64,000 nucleotides of DNA, taken from SAR202 cluster bacterium (GTDB taxonomy: Bacteria; Chloroflexota; Dehalococcoidia; UBA6926; VFHL01). The stretch lies in NCBI GenBank assembly GCA_009392005.1, contig VFHL01000001.1, positions 184,392 through 248,391 of the forward strand. Direction: 5' to 3'. The notes below the pieces were generated by a model. That model was not told the origin of the DNA. It ran no database searches and saw nothing but the letters and a program-made list of their open reading frames with translations. Shown here piece by piece: positions 39,728 to 49,623 of the stretch (positions within the stretch are counted from its first letter, which is position 1; every line of letters starts with the position of its first letter). The position numbers and the translations under genes were made by a program.

Positions 39728-42121
39728 TTAGTCTCTTAATGTTGCGCCAATCTCCCGCTGTAATTTCTCTAGCAATTGTCTTTGTGCGATATCAACTTCA
39801 TCATCTGTGAGGGTGCGAGTAGGATTTTGGTACATGACTCGGAAGGCACATGATTTTTTCCCGGAAGGTATTTGGTCACCACTATAGATATCGAATAGAA
39901 CTACGCTAACTACTGAGGGGAATGTGCGGATCATTTCATGGATAGATCCAGATGGAGTTTCCGTATCGACAATGAATGATAAATCGCGAACTACCGCTGG
40001 GAAACGGGTAGCTGGTTGATAGTTCCCATCATGAATATGAGGGAGAATGGCTTCAATATCCAGTTCAAAGTAAGCCACAGGCTCAGTATCGATTTCGAAT
40101 TTTTTATTCAAATTCGGGTGCATTTCTGCGAGATGGCCGACAGGTGTGTTCTCGACGATGATTACAGCAGAACGTCCTGGATGGAAAACAGGGTCTTGTG
40201 CCGCTTCAAATGTTGCGACAATATTGAAGTGCCCGAGGATATGTTCAAGCAGTCCTTTCGCGTCAAAAAAATCAATATCACGGTCTTCACCCTGCCATGA
40301 TAATTCAGATCGTTGACCCCCTAGTATGGCTGCAAGGATTTCTCGTTCTTCGGGTAATTCGTTATCGCGCTTGCCGTAGATACGGCCGATTTCAAAAAGT
40401 TTCAATCCGCTCTCAACATTTCGTTGATTCAAAGAAAACGTTTTCAACAAGTTTGCTCTCAGAGTGGTTCGTAAATATTCTTGCTCTTCAGACTGAGGAT
40501 TCCAGATTCTCACGGGGGTAAAAAGATTTTCTGGCGCGGTGAGATTCAGCATCTCTTCACTCACTAGAGAATAGGTGATGATTTCTTGCAATCCTGCACC
40601 GATCATTAAGTGTCTGATTTGATTTTTTAGATCACCCATGGGATCTGGCTCATGCGATGGAAACGGACTAATGGGTAGTGTTATTGGGATCACATCGTAG
40701 CCAATTGTTCGAGCTAATTCTTCGATTAAGTCCTCTGGGATTGCCAGATCCGATCGCCAAAAAGGAGGTTTTACTTCGATAGTTTCTGGATTTGTTGTGC
40801 TCGCTTGTAAACCTAATCGTGTGAAAATTGATAGTGCTTCTTCGATTGATATTTCGATTCCTAAAACTCGTTTAATGTGGTTCTTGCCTAGCTGAATAGG
40901 CTCGATTGTTACCATGCCAGGGTATTCGTCAATGTATCCTTTCGCAGGTTTGCCATCTGCTAAATTTACGAAGAGTTCTGTGGCGCGGCGAAGAGCCTGT
41001 ATCGACAACTCGGGATTCAAACCTTTTTCAAAGCGAAGTGATGCCTCAGTGCGCACCCGTTGCATTGATGATGTGCGTCGTATCGCAGTGTGTGCGAATG
41101 TTGCCGACTCTAGCAAAACTGACGTGGTAGTTTCTGTAACTTCACTAGGTCCGCCACCAATAATACCTGCTAGTCCAACCGGATGTTCTGCATCTGCAAT
41201 GATGAGGTCATCTGTTGATAAAGTACGTTCTTCGCCATCTAGAGTGGTCATTGGCTCGTTTGTTTTTCCACGACGTACAATCACTTTCCCTCCGGTCAGA
41301 GTCGAGAAATCAAAAGCGTGGAGAGGTTGTCCATATTCCATCATGACATAATTGGTTATATCTACGAGGTTGTTAATTGGTCGAAATCCAGCGGCGATGA
41401 GTCGCTGTTGCATCCACACTGGTGATGGTCCGATTTTGAGGTCGTCGATCAAGGTTGCTGTATAGCGCAGGCAAAGATCAGGATCCATGATGTCCACGGA
41501 GACTCGTTTAGATATTGGGGTATCGGTTTCTGCGAAAGCGTTTTTGGGCACATTGACTGGGTTCCCAGTGATTGCAGCAACTTCCCATGCTATCCCAAGC
41601 ATCCCAAAGCAGTCGGGTCGGTTAGGCGTTACGTCCAAGTCAAGAATAATGTCTCCCATGTACGTTTCCAATGGTATTCCAATGGGCGCGTCTTCTGGCA
41701 ATACCAGAATGCCAGAATGGTCCTCCCCTAGCCCTAGTTCACGTTCTGAACAGACCATTCCTTCTGACTGGATTCCTCGAATCCGTGCTGCTTTCAAACG
41801 ACTTTTTTCACCAGTATCGGAATCGGTAAGTAGGGCTCCAATCTTAGCGAAAGCTATGTTCTGTTTTGGAGCAATATTTGGTGCACCGCAAACAACTGTG
41901 ATTTTTTCTTCACCTAAGTCTACCGTTGCTAGGCGTAATCTATCTGCATTTGGATGTGTGTCTACTGAGGTGACGTGCCCCACATACACATTCTCCCAAT
42001 CTTGGCCAATTTGCTCGATTGATCCTACTTCGATTCCAGCCATCGTGAGTCTATGAGCAAGATCTTCCGCAGCCAAATCAAAATCCACATATTCCTTCAA
42101 CCATTTTAGTGAAACCCGCAT
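39728..42121 (-). CDS. pheT: Phenylalanine--tRNA ligase beta subunit
   Basis: MRVSLKWL, HPNADRL, TPNRPD, EDLIEE, C-terminal FDX-ACB (FPAVVRDLS). Confidence 0.98.
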   Translation of the reverse strand: MRVSLKWLKEYVDFDLAAEDLAHRLTMAGIEVGSIEQIGQDWENVYVGHVTSVDTHPNADRLRLATVDLGEEKITVVCGAPNIAPKQNIAFAKIGALLTDSDTGEKSRLKAARIRGIQSEGMVCSERELGLGEDHSGILVLPEDAPIGIPLETYMGDIILDLDVTPNRPDCFGMLGIAWEVAAITGNPVNVPKNAFAETDTPISKRVSVDIMDPDLCLRYTATLIDDLKIGPSPVWMQQRLIAAGFRPINNLVDITNYVMMEYGQPLHAFDFSTLTGGKVIVRRGKTNEPMTTLDGEERTLSTDDLIIADAEHPVGLAGIIGGGPSEVTETTTSVLLESATFAHTAIRRTSSMQRVRTEASLRFEKGLNPELSIQALRRATELFVNLADGKPAKGYIDEYPGMVTIEPIQLGKNHIKRVLGIEISIEEALSIFTRLGLQASTTNPETIEVKPPFWRSDLAIPEDLIEELARTIGYDVIPITLPISPFPSHEPDPMGDLKNQIRHLMIGAGLQEIITYSLVSEEMLNLTAPENLFTPVRIWNPQSEEQEYLRTTLRANLLKTFSLNQRNVESGLKLFEIGRIYGKRDNELPEEREILAAILGGQRSELSWQGEDRDIDFFDAKGLLEHILGHFNIVATFEAAQDPVFHPGRSAVIIVENTPVGHLAEMHPNLNKKFEIDTEPVAYFELDIEAILPHIHDGNYQPATRFPAVVRDLSFIVDTETPSGSIHEMIRTFPSVVSVVLFDIYSGDQIPSGKKSCAFRVMYQNPTRTLTDDEVDIAQRQLLEKLQREIGATLRD

Positions 42122-42339
42122 TAGTGAGATGCCTCTTCTTCTTCTACTTCGGTTTCATGATGCTCTTTGATATCAAAAGTCGGCATTTTGTGTCCCGTTG
42201 ATTGCAATATATACACTCGTCCACAAGTGTGGCAATGGAATCGATGACGAGTAAGCGATGTTTTATGGTCATCGTGCCCTTCATAGTTCACAAGATTGTT
42301 GCAATTGACGCAACGTTGATTAGCTCGTGCCATGGTCAT
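42121..42339 (-). CDS. Small Cys/His-rich Zn-ribbon-like protein inserted between pheS and pheT
   Basis: SD AAAGGAG; CVNC...CHTC; stop overlaps the pheT ATG (TAATG). Confidence 0.75.
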   Translation of the reverse strand: MTMARANQRCVNCNNLVNYEGHDDHKTSLTRHRFHCHTCGRVYILQSTGHKMPTFDIKEHHETEVEEEEASH

Positions 42340-42432
42340 GGGAATGCTCCTTTTTGGAAAGATATTTGTTGAAATGCAATTTGATTCGTCTAGTAGTAAT
42401 TGTGTTTTGATTTTTGGTTGCTATTTCATGCG

Positions 42433-43473
42433 TCAGAATTGTTGTAAGAAACGGATGTCGTTTGAATAAAATAGGCGTATGTCTTCTATACCATGACGTA
42501 ACATAGCAATACGTTCGGGGCCCATACCGAAGGCAAATCCAGTATATTTCTCCGGATCATACCCTACTCGTCGTAGTACTTCGGGATGTACCATCCCTGC
42601 ACCCATAATTTCAATCCAACCTGTTGAGCTGCAAACGCGACAGCCTTTCCCTTGGCAATTGAAACAATCGATGGACATATCAACTCCAGGTTCAACAAAT
42701 GGGAAATAATCACATCGGAATCGTATCTGGCGATCCATTCCAAATATCCGGCGCGCAAATTCATACAACGTTCCCTTAAGGTCAGCGAAGGTTATTCCTT
42801 CACCAACTGTGAGCCCTTCAATTTGAAAAAAAGATGATTCATGGGTGGCATCAGTAGCTTCGTAGCGGTAACAACGCCCTGGGATTACAACTCGAACTGG
42901 AGGTTCTCGGTTCTCCATGGTTCGTACTTGCATGGGTGAAGTATGAGTACGTAGAAGCATAGGCCTGTTGCCGTCTTTGTCTTCATAATCAACCCAGAAG
43001 GTGTTCCACATGTCACGGGCAGGATGTCCCGGAGGGATGTTCAGCGCTTCAAAATTGTAATAGTCCCACTCCACTTCGGGTCCCTCAAGAATTTGGAATC
43101 CCATCGCTACAAAAGCATTCGTGATCTCCTGAATCGTTTGCATTGTTGGATGCATGCGCCCTTGCATCAGGGGTGTGCCTGGCAGTGTGACATCTATTCG
43201 GTCGTTTTTGAGTTTTTCCTCTAACACTAGATTCGTTATTTCTTCGGTACGTTTTTCGAGGCTAGTTTCTAAAAGAGTTTTTGTCTTGTTTCCATTGGCC
43301 CCGGCTTCCTTACGCTCGTCCGGAGCGAGGCTTCCAACCTGACGCAGAACCGTTGTCAGTGAACCATTTCGCCCGAGGTGATTCACACGCCATTCGTCTA
43401 GGTCGCCAACATTGGAAATTTGCGCCAATTCGTCCAGCGCTTTACGTCTAATATCGTCCAGTTGCTCTTGCAA
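42433..43473 (-). CDS. pheS: Phenylalanine--tRNA ligase alpha subunit
   Basis: HPARDM, LRTHTSPMQ, FPFVEP, GFAFGMGPERIAM; TTG start. Confidence 0.98.
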   Translation of the reverse strand: MQEQLDDIRRKALDELAQISNVGDLDEWRVNHLGRNGSLTTVLRQVGSLAPDERKEAGANGNKTKTLLETSLEKRTEEITNLVLEEKLKNDRIDVTLPGTPLMQGRMHPTMQTIQEITNAFVAMGFQILEGPEVEWDYYNFEALNIPPGHPARDMWNTFWVDYEDKDGNRPMLLRTHTSPMQVRTMENREPPVRVVIPGRCYRYEATDATHESSFFQIEGLTVGEGITFADLKGTLYEFARRIFGMDRQIRFRCDYFPFVEPGVDMSIDCFNCQGKGCRVCSSTGWIEIMGAGMVHPEVLRRVGYDPEKYTGFAFGMGPERIAMLRHGIEDIRLFYSNDIRFLQQF

Positions 43474-43730
43474 TTTTTTTTCCTCTGCTTTGTTCCTTCA
43501 GTATCATGATAGTTTCTGCCAATTGGCATGGTCAAATCAATATTATTCTAGCCTGATTCATTGCTGTCAGGGAAATTGAACGTTTCGTTAGACCAGTTCA
43601 TCGAAATATTAGATGGATCGCGAAATCGCATTACACTTGACATTTGTTCTTGGAAGTTGGCAAAGTCATGATGGTACAGTCATAGTTATTATTATTAATT
43701 GTAAGGTTCTTTGGCGAGTAATATATATAA

Positions 43731-44537
43731 ATGTCGACACCAGATTTTGATCTGAATATGTTGAGATCTCAAGTTCGGGAATGGCTCAGGGAGAATGTTC
43801 CTGAGGATTTGCAATTCCCTCAACGTGATGCTGATTTGACCAAAGATCAACGCGATTGGGTTATCGGACTTCGGCAGAAAATGGGTGTAAAAGGATGGCT
43901 TGCCCCAGGTTGGCCAGTGTATTTTGGTGGCGCTAATTTGCCCCCTGCTGCTGCTGCAATTGTTCAAGAAGAATTACGCAGCTATCGTTTGCCACGGTTT
44001 CCATTGCACCCAACTTGGCTTACAGCTGTCCGTGTGTGGGGTACGGAAGAACAGAAAGGCCTTTGGCTTGCGCGCACTCTTCGTGGCGGAATAACGGTTG
44101 CGCATAATATTGGAGAAAATCGTGGGACAGCTGATATAGCTACACGATCCTCTGTAGCAGCTTTAGACGGTGAAAATTACGTTTTAAATGGTGAGGAATG
44201 GTATATCCCAAGCCAGTACCCCCCAGATTATATTTTTCTTCTGGTGGAAACTAGGAGTGGAGGACCGAGGCGTCGATTGAATTTGTCAACAATGGTAGTG
44301 GATGTTCGATCTGACGGGGTGACAACGCGTGAACGCGGAACGTTGATGAATACAACGGAAACGAATTACATATTGGAAGATGTTGTGGTACCGCTTAACC
44401 AGCGGATTGGAGCGGAAGGGTATGGTGGATTGGTTGCGCAAACCATGGTTGATGTACAGAGTGGTGGCCTAGGTGTTGGGCCAGATCAACAAAATGAGAT
44501 TGAAGGAAGAGAGCGAGATTTTTGGGCTCCAAACTAG
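43731..44537 (+). CDS. Divergent acyl-CoA dehydrogenase-like protein (N-terminal and middle domains only)
   Basis: R..VREWL.EN.P, GWLAPGWP..FGG, WGTEEQK..WL, DVVVP..RIGAEG.G; lacks the C-terminal helical domain. Confidence 0.75.
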   Translation: MSTPDFDLNMLRSQVREWLRENVPEDLQFPQRDADLTKDQRDWVIGLRQKMGVKGWLAPGWPVYFGGANLPPAAAAIVQEELRSYRLPRFPLHPTWLTAVRVWGTEEQKGLWLARTLRGGITVAHNIGENRGTADIATRSSVAALDGENYVLNGEEWYIPSQYPPDYIFLLVETRSGGPRRRLNLSTMVVDVRSDGVTTRERGTLMNTTETNYILEDVVVPLNQRIGAEGYGGLVAQTMVDVQSGGLGVGPDQQNEIEGRERDFWAPN

Positions 44538-44572
44538 ATCAATTGCCTGCACTACTAACAAAGATGGAGAGC

Positions 44573-45445
44573 CTATTCGGCTTCTTGATTAGGTGGTTCG
44601 GAGGACACGTCGTCATTAAACGGCCCATCACGGGCGTCTAAGAACGCCTGGAATCCTTGTGTTTCGCGGATTTCCGTTAACATTTCTCGCTCCGTTACAT
44701 CAGGAGTAAGTGTTTGAATTTGGCGAATCATTAAGTGGTCTTCAAGGGTCTTTGAATATCCCATATTGTTATACGCTACTTGGATACTTTTCTTCATCAT
44801 TTGGGAAGCGAATGGTGGAACTGTAGCGATACGTTTAGCTACTTTTAACGATTCATCTTCCAGCCGATCTGTCGGGACGACACGATTTATCATGCTTAGT
44901 TCTAAAGCAGTTTTTGCGTTTATTGTATCTCCGGTGTAGTAAAGCCAATATGCTTGCCTCATTGGCATCACGAATGGAAGGATGGGAGCGGGAGTTGGTG
45001 CTACATGTCGAATTTCTGGTTCTCCAAATTTTGCGTCTTCGCCAGCGATAATCAAATCACAACTATGAGCCAATGTGTGGCCAGCTCCTAAGCAATATCC
45101 TTGGACTGCAGCCAATGTGGGCTGGGGAAGATCACGAATTCTTGTTACCACTTTAGCGGCAAAATTCATCTCTTCCCATTGTTGAGTTTCAGTTGCTTCT
45201 TTGCTTTTTTGTCCTGGCGAGATATCAAATCCAGTAGAAAAACTTTTGCCAGCTCCAAGTAGAAGAACGACCCGGACGTTGTCGTCAGCGTTTATCTTGT
45301 CCAAAACGTTGTTCAAACTTTCAAGTAACAGATCGTTAAGAGCATTGAGTTTTTCGGGATGATTCAGCGTTACTATTGCGATACCTTCGTCAGTTACGTT
45401 AAAAAGTAAATTTGTATATTTGATTGGCCCACTTCTTTCTTTCAA
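44573..45445 (-). CDS. Enoyl-CoA hydratase/isomerase (crotonase) family protein
   Basis: TLNHPEKLNAL, FSTGFDI, AKFGEPE. Confidence 0.92.
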   Translation of the reverse strand: MKERSGPIKYTNLLFNVTDEGIAIVTLNHPEKLNALNDLLLESLNNVLDKINADDNVRVVLLLGAGKSFSTGFDISPGQKSKEATETQQWEEMNFAAKVVTRIRDLPQPTLAAVQGYCLGAGHTLAHSCDLIIAGEDAKFGEPEIRHVAPTPAPILPFVMPMRQAYWLYYTGDTINAKTALELSMINRVVPTDRLEDESLKVAKRIATVPPFASQMMKKSIQVAYNNMGYSKTLEDHLMIRQIQTLTPDVTEREMLTEIRETQGFQAFLDARDGPFNDDVSSEPPNQEAE

Positions 45446-45469
45446 GTTTTAATGGCTTTCGAATAAGAA

Positions 45470-46198
45470 TTAAGTTGTTGGGATCTCACCAGTGTGTAGT
45501 GCAACTGTTTTGAGTCCAAAATGTCTGAAATTTACGTTTACTAGGCCACAGTCCACCATTAAGGTCTTTAGTTCAGGTGCTGTAACGAATCTTTCGACTG
45601 AGTCTGGCAAATATGTATAGGCTGCTTTATCCCTTGCCACCAATTGTCCTATCATCGGAACTAGTTGATGGAAATAGATGTTAAAGAGTTTTGGGAAAAA
45701 TCCTGTACCCAATAATGGTGTGAATTCTAGAATAGCTATGCGACCTCCTGGTTTTACAACCCGTGCCATTTCGCTCAAGCAGGTAGGAATGTCAGTTACG
45801 TTTCTTAAGCTGAAGCCAGTGGTTGCACAAATGAATGAGTTGTCAGGGAACGGCAGTGATAATGCATCTGCTCGCGTGAATTCGATATCGTTTTTAGGAT
45901 ACTCAGATGCCTTTTGTGTCGCTATGATTAGCATGGAATTGGAAAAATCAATGCCCGTGACTTTAGTGATGTTTGGTTGTTTTGCTAGAGAAAATGCTAT
46001 GTCCCCTGTTCCTGTTGCAACGTCGAGGGCGATTCCCTTGAGATCTTTAGCGACTGCTTGTGCAGCAATTTCTTTCCATCGCTTGTGTCTTCCGCCGGAC
46101 ATGATGGTATTGAGAAGGTCGTAGCGTTGAGATATGCGATCAAACATCTCTTCAACATACTGTGCCTTTTTGGGTCCCGTGAAATTGTTGTCTGGCAT
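45470..46198 (-). CDS. menG: Demethylmenaquinone/ubiquinone C-methyltransferase (MenG/UbiE)
   Basis: MFDRIS.RYDLLN, LDVATGTGD, LRNV, AYTYLPDS. Confidence 0.88.
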   Translation of the reverse strand: MPDNNFTGPKKAQYVEEMFDRISQRYDLLNTIMSGGRHKRWKEIAAQAVAKDLKGIALDVATGTGDIAFSLAKQPNITKVTGIDFSNSMLIIATQKASEYPKNDIEFTRADALSLPFPDNSFICATTGFSLRNVTDIPTCLSEMARVVKPGGRIAILEFTPLLGTGFFPKLFNIYFHQLVPMIGQLVARDKAAYTYLPDSVERFVTAPELKTLMVDCGLVNVNFRHFGLKTVALHTGEIPTT

Positions 46199-46322
46199 CG
46201 GATTATCTAGTGTAGCGGTTAAATGATTTCAAAGAAGATTCTTTGCAGCAAGATGTTTGTTTTGAAATGAAGAAACAACTCCATTTTTCTGATTGTTGTA
46301 CTCAACAGTGATTGGTGTGTTT

Positions 46323-47450
46323 TTAGACCTTTTCGATTTCTTCGATGAGGGCGGTTAGGAATTCTTCTTCAGGTATTACTCGTACCTTTTGGCCTTTCCG
46401 AAAAATCAGACCTCTCCCGGCTCCAGCGGCTAGCCCTATATCTGCATCTTTCGCCTCGCCTGGGCCATTGACCTCACATCCCATAACCGCAATCTTTAAA
46501 CCTTCTTTCTTCGTTTTTTTCAGAGCTTCATCAACAAGATTTGACCATTTTATGATGTCTACATCAGCACGTCCGCAACTGGGGCATGCAATTAATGTTA
46601 CGCCCTTTTGCCGTAAGTTCAGTGATTTCAAAATGTCATATCCGGCTTCAACTTCATTTACAGGATCACCTGCGAGAGACACGCGAATAGTATCGCCAAT
46701 ACCCATACTTAGGATGATCCCTAGGCCAACAGCACTACGGATCGAGCCTGCTGCAACTGTTCCTGCTTCAGTGATTCCTAGGTGTAAGGGATATGGGATA
46801 AGTTCTGCTAGTCGGCTGTATGCTTCAACCGTGGTTGGTACATCGAAAGCCTTCATAGAGATCTTTATTAGGTCAAAATCAAGCTCTTCAAGGATCCCTA
46901 TTTCCCATAACGCTGTTTTGATCATATGGTCAACAACAGTTCCTGTTTCGCCCTCTTCTTGGCCTTCTTTCGAGAGTTTATTGACGCCGTCCAAAACACG
47001 TGAAGATGCTCCGGTGATTCCTATGCCTCCCACAGGTGGCAGGCTTCCAAAATTCACGCCTACACGGATCGGGATTTGGCGTTCTTTCGCTGCTTGAGTT
47101 ATTAACTGCACTTTCTCTCTATCACGGATATTTCCTGGATTAAGCCGCAGTCCATCTACCCCACTTTCGATCGCTTGGAGGGCTAGCTTATAGTGGAAGT
47201 GAATGTCGGCGATAATTGGGATATTGATGCGCTTCTTAATGCTTTCAAGAGCTTCGGCAGCTTCCAAATCTGGAACTGCGCTACGTATGATTTCACACCC
47301 GGCATCTTCTAATGCGTGAATTTGATTAACGGTCGCATTAACGTCACGCGTATCCGTTTTTGTCATTGACTGAACTGTTATCGGAGAATCGCCTCCAATT
47401 GGAACATCCCCGACCCATATTTTTTTGCTATTTCTCCTTGTTGAGATCAT
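46323..47450 (-). CDS. ispG: HMBPP synthase
   Basis: VQSMT, ADIHF, RLNPGN, HLGITEAG, CPSCGR, MGCEVNGPGE. Confidence 0.97.
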   Translation of the reverse strand: MISTRRNSKKIWVGDVPIGGDSPITVQSMTKTDTRDVNATVNQIHALEDAGCEIIRSAVPDLEAAEALESIKKRINIPIIADIHFHYKLALQAIESGVDGLRLNPGNIRDREKVQLITQAAKERQIPIRVGVNFGSLPPVGGIGITGASSRVLDGVNKLSKEGQEEGETGTVVDHMIKTALWEIGILEELDFDLIKISMKAFDVPTTVEAYSRLAELIPYPLHLGITEAGTVAAGSIRSAVGLGIILSMGIGDTIRVSLAGDPVNEVEAGYDILKSLNLRQKGVTLIACPSCGRADVDIIKWSNLVDEALKKTKKEGLKIAVMGCEVNGPGEAKDADIGLAAGAGRGLIFRKGQKVRVIPEEEFLTALIEEIEKV

Positions 47451-48496
47451 CGAATAGCTTCCTCTCCAGAGAATAATTTTATGAGGTCATTATAGCTGAC
47501 CATAATCAAAATACTAACGAGCAGTACTAACCCAAGGAAGTGTACCAGACTCTCCCTTTTCGGTGAAATGCGGCGTCCTTTTCTACCAAATTCAATTGCA
47601 AGAAAAAACAATTTCCCTCCATCTAACATAGGTATTGGTAAAAGATTAATGATTCCAAGGTTAAGACTTAGGAGTGCTGTAAGTTCCAATAACGGAATGA
47701 TTCCTGATTTCGCTACATCTCCGGTTAAGCGTGCAATTCCTATTGGTCCTGTAAGTTCGGGAGTAGAATCACCAGTAATCCAACGCCCAATTTCAGAGCC
47801 AATCAAATTGATCGTATTCAGCGTTCGTGTGAAGCCAGTGATAGGTGCTTTCCATAGGGGATCTTGCACTCGATGTGGTTTTGGATTTTTGATTGTGATT
47901 CTAATTCCAGTGGGACCTTCTCCTTCAGGGGGCAGGCGGCGAGGTACAAGATTTGTCTCTATGTTTTCACCGCTTCGGTTCACAATAACAATGATTGGCT
48001 TATTAGGATTCTCCAAAATTGATGTCGAAACATCGTGAATTGTTTTGATTCTCTTGCCATTGATTGCCACGATATGGTCATTAATTTGCAATCCTGAAAC
48101 ATCGGCGGGTGATCCTGAAGCAACCTCTTGAATAGTGATATCACCGATAATAATGTGTTTGGGTATAACCGCAATGATAGTAAACAAGAGAATTGGCAAG
48201 GCGAGGTTTACTAAAGATCCCGACGAAATTATGAAAGCTCGTTTGAAAATATTTTGGTTTGCGAATCCATTTGGGATATTCGGGTCTTCCTCACCACGGA
48301 GACGGACAAACCCTCCAATGAAAAACAGATTGAGGGAATATAACGTGTTCCCTTTTTTGAAAGAAAAGATTCTTGGAGGGAAGCCAATACCAAGTTCATG
48401 TACCGGTACATTTAACCATCGTGCGGAAAAAAAATGCCCTAATTCATGAATCAGAATCAAACAAGAAATTATCAGGAAAAAAGAAATGATTGCCAT
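47447..48496 (-). CDS. rseP: Site-2 (M50) intramembrane metalloprotease with PDZ domain
   Basis: HELGH, NLLPIPMLDGG; conserved position between dxr and ispG. Confidence 0.93.
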   Translation of the reverse strand: MAIISFFLIISCLILIHELGHFFSARWLNVPVHELGIGFPPRIFSFKKGNTLYSLNLFFIGGFVRLRGEEDPNIPNGFANQNIFKRAFIISSGSLVNLALPILLFTIIAVIPKHIIIGDITIQEVASGSPADVSGLQINDHIVAINGKRIKTIHDVSTSILENPNKPIIVIVNRSGENIETNLVPRRLPPEGEGPTGIRITIKNPKPHRVQDPLWKAPITGFTRTLNTINLIGSEIGRWITGDSTPELTGPIGIARLTGDVAKSGIIPLLELTALLSLNLGIINLLPIPMLDGGKLFFLAIEFGRKGRRISPKRESLVHFLGLVLLVSILIMVSYNDLIKLFSGEEAIR

Positions 48497-49623
48497 TATG
48501 CTGTGTTATCGTGCTGTTCCAGCACATATGATCGGGCCCACTTGTCCGCTTCAAGAATGTCTTCTATTGCAGGGTTTTCTTTCGGGCTATGTGCCTCTAG
48601 GGCTGCTTTTACGTACTCAGGAATGGTTGGTAAATCTAGTTTTCCTTCTAAAAACAATTCTACGGCGATTTCATCAGCGGATTGGAGCACCGCGGGAAAT
48701 GTTGCGCCCATTTCTCCGGCCTGCCGTGCTAAGCGAAAGCATGGGAAACGCTCTTCATCTACCTTTTCAAAGGTTAGTGTGGAGATTTTTATCAAATCTA
48801 AAGCGTCCATACTCTCGTTCGTCCATCTCTCTGGGTAAGACAAGGCATATTGAATGGGCAAGCGCATGTCGGGATAACTAAGTTGTGCCTTAATCGACTT
48901 ATCTTCAAATTCAACTAGTGAGTGTATGATGCTTTCTGGATGCACGATCACATCGATTTTTTCGTATGGGATGTTATATAGCCAGTGAGCTTCTAACACT
49001 TCGAATCCTTTATTCATAAGTGTTGCGGAGTCAATCGTCACTTTTGGTCCCATTCTCCACGTTGGATGTGCTAACGCTTGCTTTGGAGTGATTCCGAGCA
49101 TATCACCAGGTTTTGATTGACGGAATGGACCACCAGAAGCTGTTAATATGAGCCGGCGAATGTCGCTTCCTTCCTCTCCGGCTAAACATTGCCAAATGGC
49201 GCTATGTTCGGAATCTAAGGGCAAGATGTTTGCGTTCGAACGTAGAGTCTCTTCAGTTATTATTTGTCCGGCCACAACCAATATTTCTTTGCTCGCCAAA
49301 GCGACAGTTTTTCCGTGGGAAATTGCAGTCAAAGTAGGTAGGAGACCTTCTAACCCGGGTATTGCAACAATTACAATGTCGACTTCAGGCTTTTTCACAA
49401 GGTCATTTGGTGCGATCCAAGAGGCTGCCCCAATTTCCTCTTTCGCTTCGTTGGTTAGAGCGGCAAATGGTGGATTGAATTCTTGAACCTGTTTTGATAG
49501 TTCCTGATGGTTCTTTTTTGCAGTGAGACCGACTAGATGAAACTTTTTGTCAAAAGATCGGATTACTTCGAGTGTTTGACGGCCGACAGATCCAGTTGAT
49601 CCGAGAATTACAACTCCTTTCAT
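48496..49623 (-). CDS. dxr: 1-deoxy-D-xylulose-5-phosphate reductoisomerase
   Basis: LGSTGSVG, PLDSEHSA, HPTWRMG, NKGFE. Confidence 0.97.
   Translation of the reverse strand: MKGVVILGSTGSVGRQTLEVIRSFDKKFHLVGLTAKKNHQELSKQVQEFNPPFAALTNEAKEEIGAASWIAPNDLVKKPEVDIVIVAIPGLEGLLPTLTAISHGKTVALASKEILVVAGQIITEETLRSNANILPLDSEHSAIWQCLAGEEGSDIRRLILTASGGPFRQSKPGDMLGITPKQALAHPTWRMGPKVTIDSATLMNKGFEVLEAHWLYNIPYEKIDVIVHPESIIHSLVEFEDKSIKAQLSYPDMRLPIQYALSYPERWTNESMDALDLIKISTLTFEKVDEERFPCFRLARQAGEMGATFPAVLQSADEIAVELFLEGKLDLPTIPEYVKAALEAHSPKENPAIEDILEADKWARSYVLEQHDNTA

Noticed and set aside
43515..43526. Perfect palindrome TGCCAATTGGCA upstream of pheS
   Set aside because: A single 12-bp palindrome can occur by chance in 64 kb; no second copy noticed
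46345..47097. 250-aa plus-strand ORF and similar long antisense ORFs (e.g. 41487..42056, 49792..50280)
   Set aside because: Shadow frames opposite well-conserved genes, with no recognisable motifs
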